DNA from: Mustelus asterias | Taxonomy: Eukaryota | Length of the DNA: 64,000 nt | Direction of reading: 5' to 3' | Assembly (NCBI RefSeq): GCF_964213995.1 | Contig: NW_027590156.1 | Span: forward strand, 496,001 to 560,000 | Shown: piece after piece, positions 48,106-60,393 of the stretch | How positions within the stretch are numbered: position 1 is the stretch's first letter | How the letters are laid out: every line of letters begins with the position of its first letter | The notes under the pieces: generated by a model | The model's database searches: none | What the model saw: the letters and a program-made list of their open reading frames with translations, nothing else | Told to the model about the DNA's origin: nothing | Program-made: the position numbers and the translations under genes

Positions 48106-49250
48106 ACAGTAAGAGTTTTAACAACACCAGGTTAAAGTCCAACAGGTTTATTTGGTAGCAAATGCCATTAGCTTTTGGAGCGCTGCTCCTTCATCAGATG
48201 GAGTGGAAATCTGCTCTCAAACAGGGCACAGAGACACAAAATCAAGTTATAGAATACTGATTAGAATGCGAATCTCTGCAGCCAACCAGGTCTTAAAGAT
48301 ACAGACAATGTGAGTGGAGGAAGCATTAAGCACAGGTTAAAGAGATGTGTATTGTCTCCAGACAGGACAGCCAGCAAGTCCAGGAGGCAAGCTGTGGGGG
48401 TTACTGATAATGTGACATAAACCCAACATCCCGGTTTAGGCCATCCTCATGTGTGCGGAACTTGGCTATCAGTTTCTGCTCAGCGACTCTACGCTGTCGT
48501 GTGTCGTGAAGTCTGCCTTGGAGAACACTTACCCGAAGATCAGAGGCTGAATGCCCGTGACCGCTGAAGTGCTCCCCAACAGGAAGAGAACAGTCTTGCC
48601 TGGTGATTGTCGAGCCGTGTTCACTCATCCGTTGTCGTAGCATCTGCATGGTTTCCCCAATGTACCATGCCTCGGGACATCCTTTCCTGCAGCGTATCAG
48701 GTAGACAACGTTGGCCGAGTCGCAAGAGTAGGTACCGTGGTGTTCTCACGTGAGATGATGGCATCCGTGTCGATGATCCGGCACGTCTTGCAGAGGTTGC
48801 TGTGGCAGGTTTGTGTGGTGTCATGGTCACTGTTCTCCTGAAGGGTGGGTAGTTTGCTGCGGACAATAGTCCATTTGAGGTTGTGTGGTTGTTTGAAGGC
48901 AAGAAGTGGGGGTGTGGGGATGGCCTTGGCAAGATGTTCGTCTTCATCAATGACATGTTGAAGGCTCCGGAGGAGATGCCGTAGCTTCTCCGCTCCGGGG
49001 AAGCACTTGACGACGAAGGGTACTCTGTCCACCGTGTCCCGTGTTTGTCTTCTGAGGAGGTCGGTGCGGTTTTTCGCTGTGGCACGTCGGAACTGTCGAT
49101 CGATGAGTTGAGCGCCATATCCTGTTCTTATGAGGGCATCTTTCAGTGGCTGGAGGTGTCTGTTGCAATCCTCCTCTGTTGGACTTTAACCTGGTGTTGT
49201 TAAAACTCCTACTGTGTTTACCCCAGTCCAACGCCGGCATCTCCACATCA
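48106..49250 (-). mobile_element. Penelope element, truncated, with inverted pLTR end and 17-bp flanking direct repeat
   Basis: GIY-YIG peptides (48401-49032); inverted ends 48104-48145 / 49176-49218; TGACTACAATGCTTAAC at 48089-48105 and 49251-49267. Confidence 0.92.
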
Positions 49251-49884
49251 TGACTACAATGCTTAACTCCATTGTGTTGCTGCAAGTTCGTATGGTGAGA
49301 TTGAGAGCCCATGTCACTGAATAGAAAAACACATCCGTTACGTTCAACCTGATATCTCAACTTAATTTGTACTTTAAAATTAAAAAGCTTTCGTCTGGCA
49401 AATGATTAAGGAAGCAAATATTTCTGCACAATCATTAATACTTAATTCTTATCTTCCTGCGAATAATTTCAACCAAATATACTCAGTATTTGTTTCATAG
49501 CTTTATAGATTGCCTACATGCTGAAAAGGCCATTCAGCCCAGCGAATCTGCAGCGACGCCAGAGTCTCGTAATCAGGATTTTTCCCCTGTCCTATCCCCG
49601 TAACACGACTCATTTCCCATGTCTAATGCATCCAACACAAGGAGCAATTTAGCATGTCCATCCACCTAACCTGCACATCTTCATTCAACATTTAATATCA
49701 ATACATTTATTTAATCTATATTTCCTAATTCTCAATTTAATATTTCTGGAACTGACGATCAGTCTCTCTGCATTGTTCAGCTCCGCTCTGTTGCTGCACG
49801 TTCTAATGGCTAGACTGAGACTCAATGCGAGAAGACAATCGTTACATTAAATGGTTGCCCTGTTTGTGAACCCAGCTCCCCATT

Positions 49885-49919
49885 CATCTGATGAAGGAGC
49901 AGCACTCCGAAAGCTCGTG
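49885..49919 (+). ncRNA. Minimal type-I hammerhead ribozyme in a solo Penelope pLTR (~49880-50010)
   Basis: CAT-CTGATGA-A-GGAG-CAGCA-CTCC-GAAA-GCTC-GTG. Confidence 0.72.
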
Positions 49920-50654
49920 CTACCAAATAAACCTTTTGCACTTTAACCTGGTGTTGTGAGACTTCTTACTGTGCCCACCCCAGTCCAACGCCAGCATCTC
50001 AACATCATGGCTACTTTCAACCTTATATGTCAACTTATCTAGAATTTCAAAATTGAAAAGCGTTCATCTGCAAATGACTAAAGGGACAGTGATTTCTGCT
50101 AATGCATAAATGCATCATTCTCATCTTCCGTAGAATAGTTTCAACCAATTATATCCAGTTATTCAACATTAAATATCAACATAACACATTCTGTGTTGAA
50201 TATCTCTGAAATACACAACATTGAAGCGTAAACATGCTTGTCCAACAAAAGAAATCGAGTCACTGGGCAATACACATGCAATGCTGCTTATTTGAGATGA
50301 GTAAGAAGTCTCACAACACCAGGTTAAAGTCCAACAGGTTTATTTGGTAGCAAATACCATCAGCTTTTGGAACACAGCTCCTTCGTCAGATGGAGTGGAT
50401 ATATTTGAGATTAACCAGTCAGCTTATTTTTTAACATCAAATATCTTTCAAGGGAAGAGATTTAAGAATGAGCTGTTAGTTATACATGATCCCTCTTTAT
50501 TCTGGGAGTGAAACATTCTTGCGCCTAAATCTCGTTCATCTATGGAAGTGCAACAGATTCAGACTGATTCTCGATTTCCTCATCTGCCTGAGTGGTTTTT
50601 CCTATTTCTTTATTATGAAGAACAAGTTTTTAAAAATGTGCTTCTGGGAAATAA

Positions 50655-51408
50655 AACCATAAAACTATAAGACATAGGAGCAGAATTAGGCCACTCGGCC
50701 AATAGAGTCTGCTCCGCCATTCAATCATGGCTGATAATTTTCTCATCTCCATTCTCCTGTCTTTTCCCCATAACCGCTGATTACCTTATTAATCAAGAAG
50801 CTATCTATCTCTGTCTTAAAGACACCCAATGACCTGGCCTCCACAGCCTTCTGTGGCAAAGAATTCCACAGATTCACCACTCTCTGGCTGAAGAAATTCC
50901 TCCTCATCTCAGTTTTAAAGGATCGTCCCTTTGGCCTGATGTTGTGCCCTCTGGTTCTAGGTTTTCCTACTAGTAGAAACATCCTCTCCACGTCCACTCT
51001 ATCCATGCCTCGCAGTATCCTGTAAGTTTCAATATGATCCCCCCTCATCCTTCTAAACTCCAACGAGTACAGACTCAGAGTCCACAACCGTTCCTCATAC
51101 GACAAGCTCTTCATTCCAGGGATCATTCTTGTGAACCTCCTCTGGACCCTTTCCAAGGCCAGCACATCCGTCCTTCGATATAGGGCCCAAAACTGCTCAC
51201 AATCTTCAAATGGAGTCTGACCAGAGCCTTGTACAGCCTCAGAAGTGCATCCCTGCTCTTGTATTCTAGCCCTTTCGACATGAATGCGAACATTGCATTT
51301 GCCTTCCTAACTGCCAACTGAACCTGCATGTTAACTTTAAGAGAATCTTGAACAATGACTCCCAATACCCTTTGTGTTTCTGATTTCCTAAGCACTTTCC
51401 CATTTAGA
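50655..51408 (-). mobile_element. CR1 3' fragment
   Basis: ORFs 50743-51165 and 51123-51395 (ALERVQRRFTRMIPG). Confidence 0.9.
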
Positions 51409-52293
51409 TGTTACAACCATTTTATCTTTGCTCTGTACTCGGCCTCAAACCCTTTCTGTAAAATAAGAAATACTGATTTTGTTTGAGCCGCTGACAGAAA
51501 AGAAACTTTTCGATTTTGACAACGTGCACATATTAACATCTCATTCAGTCGACAACAGAATTTAATGGGTTTGTCGGTGCAGACTAACATGGTTAATCAC
51601 CATCTGAACCATGTCTAATATTAGTGTGTGCTCAAAAAGACAGACACAAATGATACTGTAAGTGAACTGGAGGAAATGGCGCACATTTCCCAGAAGAATC
51701 TTTTTTAAAAATCTTTCTTCAGAGCATAGAAATAGGAGAAACCGCTCAGACAGATGATGAAATCTAGACCCATTTTGGATCTACTGGACTTTCGCATAGA
51801 TGGCCGAAATTTATGCGCCTGAATCTTTCACACCCATAAAAACAAAATGCTCAAGTCTAACTAACGGATAGCACTAAAATCTCTTCAATTTGAAAATAGT
51901 TGACTGAGTTTAAAAGCTGACTATGGTCAATCGCAAATAAGCACCATGGAATCTGTATTAGCCCATGACTCGATCCCTTCTGTTGGTCAGTTATGTTTGC
52001 AATATAGTGATCTTTAATTTCAAAGATGTTCAATTCATATGAGGACACATGTGTCAAATAATGTATTGATGTTAAATGTTGAATAACTAGTCAAGTACTG
52101 AGTAGAATTGGTTGAGATAATTCGAAGGAAGATGAGAATGATGCATTAATGATTGAGCAGAAATCATTCCTTCCTTAGATATTTGCCAGACGAACGCATT
52201 GAAATTTTGAAGTTCAAGATAAGTTGAGAAATAAGGTTGAAAGTAACAGTTTTCTTCTTGAATTAAGAATGGGCTTAATTCAAGCTGTCAGCT

Positions 52294-52366
52294 GATTCTG
52301 TAGTGTAGTAGCTATTGCGTTTGCCTCAAATGTGAAAAGTTGCACTTTCGAAACCGAGTACAAACA
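52294..52366 (+). pseudogene. tRNA-Val(CAC-type) pseudogene, heavily decayed
   Basis: GATTCTGTAGTGTAGTAGCTATTGCGTTTGCCTCAAATGTGAAAAG...TTCGAAACCGAGTACAAACA aligns over 73 nt to tRNA-Val. Confidence 0.72.
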
Positions 52367-52610
52367 CTCTTGGATCCTTCTCATTAAGTGTGAGCGAAGC
52401 CTGCATGTGTCTGCTTTTATTAGCACGCAATATTATGAGACATGTTTCAGATAGTGATTAAATAAGTTAGTCTGCATCTACAAATCCATTAAATTCTGCT
52501 GTGGCTGAACGGGTTGGAATATGTGCACAAACAATACAAGCATTTAGTTCCTGCCATTGCTTCCTAAAATACAGCATTTCAGAATGTCCTAAAAGGATTT
52601 GAGTTGATGT

Positions 52611-52978
52611 CATAGAGTCAGAGTCATCGAGGTTTACAGCATGGAAACAGGCCCTTCGGCCCAACTTTCCATGCCGCCCTTTTTTTTAAACCCCTAAGCT
52701 AATCCCAATTGCCCGCATTTGGCCCATATCCCTCTATACCCATCTTACCCATGTAAATATCTAAATGCTTTTTAAAAGATAAAATTGTACCCACCTCTAC
52801 GACTACCTCTTGTAGTTTGTTCCAGACACTTACCACCCTCTGTGTGAAATAAATGCCCCTCTGGACACTTTTGTATCTCCCCCCCCCCCCTCACTTTAAA
52901 ACTGTGCCCTCTAGTTTTAGACTCCCCTACCTTTGGGAAAAGATATTGACTATCTACCTTGTCTATGCCCCTCATTAT
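52611..52978 (-). mobile_element. CR1 3' fragment
   Basis: MRGIDKVDSQYLFPKVGESKTRGHSFKVRG + 3'UTR. Confidence 0.85.
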
Positions 52979-53133
52979 CTCTCCGGGGAAATTATAATGG
53001 GGAGCAAAGAAATGGCAGAAAAATTGAATAAGTGACAGCTTGATGGGGGGGGGCGGGTAGCATAGAACTCTAGTATCAGCCCTTCATTTTAGCATTACCA
53101 TAATAAGTAGACTAGGTGAAGGTAATTATAAAG

Positions 53134-56100
53134 AACAAAGAACAAAGAACAATACAGCACAGGAACAGGCTCTTCGGCCCTCCGAGCCCGCACAGCTCCC
53201 TGGTCCAAACTAGACCATTCTTTTGTATCCCTCCATTCCCACTCCACTCCTGTGGCTATCTAGATAAGTCTTAAATGTTCCCAGTGTGTCCGCCTCCGCC
53301 ATCTTGCCTGGCAGCGCATTCCAGACCCCACCACCCTCTGGGTAAAATACGTCCTTCTGGTATCCGTGTTAAACCTCCCCCCTCCCCCCCTTTCCCCCCC
53401 CCCCCCCTCACCTTGAACCTATGACCCCTCGTGAACGTCACCACCGACCTGGGAAAAAGCTTCCCACCTTTCACCCTATCTATGCCTTTCATAATTTTAT
53501 ACACCTCTATTAGGTCACCCCTCATCCTCCGTCTTTCCAGTGAGAACAACCCCAGCTGGAATTGCGAAGAGCATTGTCGGGCAATATAGCAGGATATAGA
53601 TAGGCTGGAAAATTGGGCGGAGAGGTGGCAGATGGAGTTTAATCCGGATAAATGCGAAGTGATGCATTTTGGAAGAAATAATGTAGGGAGGAGTTATACA
53701 ATAAATGGCAGAGTCATCAGGAGTATAGAAACACAGAGGGACCTAGGTGTGCAAGTCCACAAATCCTTGAAGGTGGCAACACAGGTGGAGAAGGTGGTGA
53801 AGAAGGCATATGGTATGCTTGCCTTTATAGGACGGGGTATAGAGTATAAAAGCTGGAGTCTGATGACGCAGCTGTATAGGCCACATTTGGAGTACTGCGT
53901 CCAGTTCTGGTCGCCGCACTACCAGAAGGACGTGGAGGCATTGGAGAGAGTGCAGAGAAGGTTTACCAGGATGTTGCCTGGTATGGAGGGTCTTAGCTAT
54001 GAGGAGAGATTGGGTAGACTGGGGTTGTTCTCCTTGGAAAGACGGAGAATGAGGGGAGATCTAATAGAGGTATACAAGATTATGAAGGGTATAGTTAGGG
54101 TGAACAGTGGGAAGCTTTTTCCCAGGTCGGAGGTGACGATCACGAGGGGTCATGGGCTCAAGGTGAGAGGGGCGAGGTATAACTCAGACATCAGAGGGAC
54201 ATTTTTTACACAGAGGGTGGTGGGGGCCTGGAATGCGCTGCCAAGTAGGGTGGTGGAGGCAGGCACGCTGACATCGTTTAAGACTTACCTGGATAGTCAC
54301 ATGAGCAGCCTGGGAATGGAGGGATACAAACGATTGGTCTAGTTGGACCAAGGAGCGGCACAGGCTTGGAGGGCCGAAGGGCCTGTTTCCTGTGCTGCAC
54401 TGTTCGTTGTTCTTTGTTCTTTACCCACTCTCTCCTCATAACTAAGCCCTTCATTACCAGGCAACATCCTGGTAAACCTCCTCTGCACTCTCTCGAAAGC
54501 CTCCACGTCCTTCTGATAGTGTGGCGACCAGAACTGGGCGCAGTATTCCAAATGCGGCCGAACCAACGTTCTATACAACTGCAACATCAGACCCCAACTT
54601 TTATACTCTATGCCCCGTCCTATAAAGGCAAGCATGCCATATGCCTTATTCACTACCTTCTCCACCTGTGACGTCACCTTCAAGGATCTGTGGACTTGCA
54701 CACCCCCAGGTCTGCGTATCTACACCCTTTATGGTTCTGCCATTTATCGTATAGCACCCCCCTACGGTACTTCTACCAAAATGCATCACTTTGCATTTAT
54801 CTGGATTGAACTCCATCTGCCATTTCTTTGCCTAAATTTCCAGCCTATCTCTATCCTGCTGTAGCCTCGGACAATGTTCCTCACTATCTGCAAGTCCAGC
54901 CATTTTCGTGTCGTCCGCAAACTTACTGATCATCCCAGTTACACCTTCTTCCAAATCGTTTATATAAATCACAAACAGCGGAGGTCCCAATACAGAGCCT
55001 TGCGGAACACCACTAGTCACAGGCCTCAAGCCGGAAAAAGCCCCTTCCACTACCACCCTCTGTCTTCTGTGACCAAGCCAGTTCTCCACCCATCTAGCCA
55101 CCTCCCTCTTAATCCCATGAGATCCAACCTTTTGCACCAACCTACCATGACGGACTTTGTCAAACGCTCTACTAAAGTCCATATAGGCGACATCCACGGC
55201 CCTTCCCTCGTTAACCATTCTAGTCACTTCATCAAAAAACTCCACCAGGTTAATGAGGCATGACCTCCCTCTCACAAAACCATGCTGACTATCGTTAATG
55301 AGCTTATTCCTTTCTAAATGCGCATACATCCTATCTCTAAGAATCCTCTCCAACAACTTCCCTACCACGGACGTCAAGGTCGCTGGCCTATAATTTCCTG
55401 GGTTGTCCTTCCTCCCCTTCATAAATAACGGGACCACATTAGCTATCCTCCAATCCTCTGGGACCTCACCTGTGTCCAGTGACGAGACAAAGATTTGCGT
55501 CAGAGGCCCAGCGATTTCAGCTCTCGTCTCCCTGAGCAGCCTTGGATAGATTCCATCAGGCCCTGGGGATTTGTTAGTCTTTATATTCCCTAAAAAACCT
55601 AACACTTCCTCCCTTGTAATGGAGATTTTCGCTAACCGGTCAACACTCCCCTCCGAGACACTCCCAGTCAACACATCCCTCTCCTTTGTGAATACCGATG
55701 CAAAGTATTCATTTAGGATCTCCCCTACTTCTTTGGTCTCTGAGCATAATTGCCCACTTTTGTCCCTGAGAGGTCCGATTTTTTCCCTGACAACCCTTTT
55801 GTTCCTAACGTATGAATAAAATGCCTTGGGATTCTCCTTCATCCTGTCTGCCAAGGACATTTCGTGACCCCTTTTTGCCCTTCTAATTCCTCGTTTGAGT
55901 TCTTTCCTACTTCCTTTGTATTTCTCCAGAGGTCCCTCCGTTTCTAGCTGCCTGGACCTAACGTACGCCTCTCTTTTCTTTTTGACCAATCCCTCAATTT
56001 CCCTGGTTATCCACGGTTCTCGAATCCTACCCTTCCTATCCTTCTTTTTTACAGGCACATGCCTATCCTGCAGCCCCAACAACTGTTCCTTAAAAGACTC

Positions 56101-58036
56101 CCACATGCCAGATGTGGATTTACCCTCAAACAGCCTCTCCCAATCAAGAGCTCCCAATTTCTGCCTAATCCCACTAAAGTTAGCCTTCCCCCAATCCAAC
56201 ACCTTACCCTTGGGATACCACTCATCCTTTTCCATCACTATCCTAAAGCTAACAGAATTGTGGTCACTATTTGCCACATGTTCCCCTACCAAAACTTTGA
56301 AGACCTGACCAGGCTCATTCCCCAGTACCAGGTCCAGCATAGCCCCCTCTCTAGTCGGGCTATCTACATATTGTTCCAAAGAACCTTCCTGTACGCATTT
56401 TACAAATTCCTGCCCATTCAGACTCCCAGCCCTACGCGATTTCCAGTCGAGACCAGGGAAATTGAAGTCTCCCACTACAACAACCCTATTTTTTCCTGCA
56501 CCTATCCATTATCTCCTGACATATCCGTTCTTCCACTTCCCTTGGGCTGTTAGGGGGCCTGTAGTATACCCCCAACAAAGTGACTGCGCCCTTCCTGTTT
56601 CTGAGCTCCACCCACAGTGACTCGTTACACGACCCCTCTGAATTGTCCTCCCTCTGCACCGCTGTAATATGCTCTCTAACTAATACTGCTACTCCCCCAC
56701 CTCTTTTGGCCCCTCCTCTGTCTCGCCTAAAACACTTGTACCCCGGAATATTCAGTTGCCAGTCCTGTCCCTCTTTCAACCAATTCTCTGTCACCGCAAC
56801 CACATCCAATTTCCTCGTAAGCATTAAGGCCCTAAATTCGCCTGCCTCACCTGCTACGCTCCTTGCATTGAAGTAGATGCACTCCAGACCTCCAGGCCCA
56901 GTGAGGTCATCCTCCCCCAGAGTGCTCTTCTTCTTTGCCAGCCTTGTCCTGGCCCCAAGCTCGTCCTCAGCCTCTACACTTGTAGACCTAATTTTTTGAT
57001 CCCCACCCCCCTGCCATATTAGTTTAAACCCACCCGAACTGCACGAGCAAAACTCCCAGCCAGGATATTCGTGCCCTTCCAATTTTGTTGTGACCCATCC
57101 TTCTTGTACAGTTGGCCTCCTCTCTTGAAAACTTCCCAGTGATCCAGGAATATGAAGCCCTCCCTCCTGGACCAGTCCTTTAGCCAAGCGTTCAATTGTA
57201 CTATCTCCCTATTCCTAGCCTCACTGGCCCTAGGCATTGGGAGCAGCCCAGAGATTGCCACCCTGGAGGCCCTACTTTTTAGCCTATTTCCCAACTCACT
57301 GAATTGCTCTCGTAGGATCCCCCTGCTCTTCCTATCTACGTCATTTGCACCAATGTTTACAATGGCATCCGTTTCTTTATCCTCCCCTTTTAATATGCCT
57401 CCTATCCGCTCGGAGACATCCAGTACCCCAACACCAGGTAGGCAGACTACCATCCTGAAGTCCTGTTCACACCCACAGAATCGCCTGTCCGTGCCTCTAA
57501 CTGACGCGTCCCCCACCACTATTGCTCTCCTAACCCCTCTCTTTCCTTTCCGGGCCACAGAGCCTGACTCTGTGCCAGTGACCTGGTCACTGTGGCTTAC
57601 CCCTAAAGAGTCATCCTCCTCCACACTATCCAAAACAATATACTTGTTTTGGAGTGGGACAACCACAGGTGACCCCTCCACTAATTGCTCACTCCCCTCC
57701 CCTCTCACACCTGTCGCCGAGCCCTTCCTATTATGAGAGACAGCCACTGGAGTACTCTCTGGTACGTTACCCTTATGACCTTTACTCCTCCTAACTGTGA
57801 CCCACGTGTCTTCCCCCTGAGGCCCCGGTGTAACTACTTGCCTATAACTCATGTCTATTTGTTTCTCATTCTCCCTGACTAGACTAAGGTCATCAAGCCG
57901 CTGCTCCAGTTCCCTGACGCGGTCCCTCAGGAGCTACAGTTCCACGCACCTGGCACAAATGTGAACCTTGGGGCGGCGAGGTGTTTCCAGGAACTCCCAC
58001 ATCCCACACCGAAAGCAACAAACTGGCCTATCACTC
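53134..58036 (-). mobile_element. Near-full-length CR1 LINE (SGNH-esterase ORF1 + frameshifted ORF2), TSD ATAAAG
   Basis: ORF1 57019-57852 (IVVGDASVRG...NIGAND), ORF2 pieces 56486-57187, 54832-56475, 54339-54701; (AACAAAG)n tail; ATAAAG at 53128-53133 and 58037-58042. Confidence 0.93.
53556..54419 (+). mobile_element. CR1 3' fragment inserted antisense into a related CR1
   Basis: ORF 53632-54342 plus own 3'UTR/tail; host sequence rejoins as ...AACCCCAG|TTTACCC... Confidence 0.9.
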
Positions 58037-58819
58037 ATAAAGTGCCTTATGTATATACATATAAAATGAGAATTCACAATGCACCTGGAACAAAATATAC
58101 GAAGGTATTATAAACTACGAAGGTATTATAAATTGTACACCCACAAATTAACCAACTATTATAAGCTTAAACTGTACTTTCAACCCTATATTGTGAGCCT
58201 TGACCAACTTCATTCTGAATGCAGCTTGATGGGAAACACAGTGGTAGGCCGAATTCTGTTAATAGAATGGAGCACAGAAAGGCAGCTTCTGCTATCTGTT
58301 TCTGGATATGCGAAAACAAGTTTAATCATAGACCTGCTATTTAAGGGAGTAAATTCGTTCATGGGTAGCGAGGCTGGAGCAGTCTCTCAAGCTGATAAAG
58401 GAGGCCCTGGTTCCCCAAAAGAGTGACTCCTTTCATCAATTAAAATTCGCAGGTGTTAGTTATAGCCTTGGTTACTGGTAATGACGTGGGCTGGGTTTCT
58501 TAGGTAAAGGGGGAGGAACCTACATGGGCAATGAGCTAATAATCTCATGTAGGTTCCTCCCCCTTTGTGGGTATACAATTTATAATACCTTTGCAGTTTA
58601 TAATACTTTCGTATATTTTGTTCCAGGTGCATTGTGAATTCTCATTTTATATAAGGCACTTTATAATTACCTTAACCTAGTCTACTTATTATGGTAATAC
58701 TAAAATGAAGGGACAGATACTAGAATTCTATACTACCCCCCATCAAGCTGTCACTGTGCATAATGTGCAAGTCAGCAAGGATTTCTAAACAGTCACTTTT
58801 TCCTCTTTTATTTAAAAAT

Positions 58820-58920
58820 TAACCGCCGGGGAGGAGCTGGACGTGACATCACGGCAATATCCCACCCCTCCCCGGGACTCATTTCTTCCGAGCTGCGGGC
58901 GGGCCGGAGCGGGCAAGAGT
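58820..58920 (+). promoter_or_regulatory. Small CpG-rich promoter/first-exon-like island
   Basis: Local CpG enrichment, CRE-like TGACATCA, GGGCGG box; no linked ORF identified. Confidence 0.3.
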
Positions 58921-60393
58921 TGTCTGCATGTCTGTGAATGTGCATGTTTGTGTAAGTCTGAGTATTTTTGTCTGCATGTCTGTGTGCGTCTGTGAATGTG
59001 TTTGTGTGTGTGTGCCAGCTGCCTGTAGCTGTTTGTCTGAGATACTGCATATCTGTATATGTGTTTGAGTTTCCCAGTGTCTGTCAATGTGTTTGTGTGT
59101 CTGCGAGTTTGCCTGTTGCTGTTTCTAAGATTGTTGTCGAGTTTGTGAATAGGTTCATCTGCATTAAAATATATTAAAATAACAAACAATAGGAACAAGA
59201 AAAGTACAGCAGCATAATTCTCCAATAAGATCCTTCAGTCGTCTGAAAATTCAGTGATCTTCCAGGTAGGGACCAATTACCTCACAAGAGGGAGCTCCCC
59301 TCACTGTGTTGTGTGTTCACTGCAGCAGCAGGTGGATGGAATGAAAACGTCAATATTTTCATGTTTAATAAATGTTTTTGTTAAAAGTAAATTGGCCATC
59401 AGTGACTCTGTTCATCCACATTTCTAAAACAAAACGGTAAACGTTATGGTCGCTTGATCAGGGTTTTATTCTTGAACCTTCCTGTCCAATAATAACATCA
59501 GCTGGGATTGTAACATTCCATCTCCTCTTAGCAGCTCATCTTGTCCAGGAAACCCACCTTCTGTTCTCTTCACCCAATTCCCAATAAACTGCTTTCAGAT
59601 TTGGGTGAGTTTGTATAAAATAGATAAAGGTGGATATTCAAGATACTTAACAAGTGAATAAAGGCACAAAATGTAAACTTCTATGACTCTATGCCACAGG
59701 TTTTGAACAAACAAAATAAACTTTACTATACACTGTGAGAAAGGTAAAGCAATTCACAATATGTGGGCATTCAAACATTCAAGGACTTTAGAGAGGAAAG
59801 GGAGATGGGATGGTAGTTTACAAGGGCATGTGCCAAGGATTAGTTTTTTTACAGAAGTGGGTGATGATTTGGAGGAGAGGAAGCTATTAACAATAACAGC
59901 TAATGTGGAGAAATCGTGCTGCCAGTAGCTCAGTGGGAATAGGATTGGGGGATCAGGTGGTGGGTCTCATGGACAAGATGATCTCAAGAGCACATGAGGG
60001 GAGGCGGGAGAGAAACCGCAGAAAGATGAGTGTTCAGACAAAGGGGAGTGTTAGAGGAGGTTTGGTCGAGTGGGTTAGGGGAAGGGAGGGAAGCCACAGA
60101 GGCAGCTGATTGGATTGTCTCAAACTTAGTGACAAAGAAGATCATGAGTTTCTCCTCCATGAGCACTTGTGGGGAGGTGAAGATGGAGGAGGGACAAAGG
60201 GAGAAGGAATTCAGTTATGTTGATGATTTTAAAGATATTCAACACAGTATCGAACACAAAGCTAATTTATTTGACTTTTATTCAGAATATTAAATCATAC
60301 AACTGGCTGGAGGTCATTAACATCAGCAAAAATAAACCCAATTAACACATTACAGTCATAGATAGGATTAACAGCAGATTCCAATCACTGTGG

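Larger units (their letters stand above)
53031..58758. mobile_element. Non-autonomous DNA transposon (~0.8 kb) with ~200-bp TIRs, split by a 4.9-kb CR1
   Basis: 53031-53133 joined to 58043-58148 is the reverse complement of 58563-58755; right terminus reads CACAGTGACAGCTTGATGGGGG inward. Confidence 0.85.

Noticed and set aside
58079-58426. 115-aa ORF inside the TIR element as a transposase remnant
   Set aside because: Begins within TIR subterminal repeats; no DDE, zinc-finger or RAG1-like motifs recognisable
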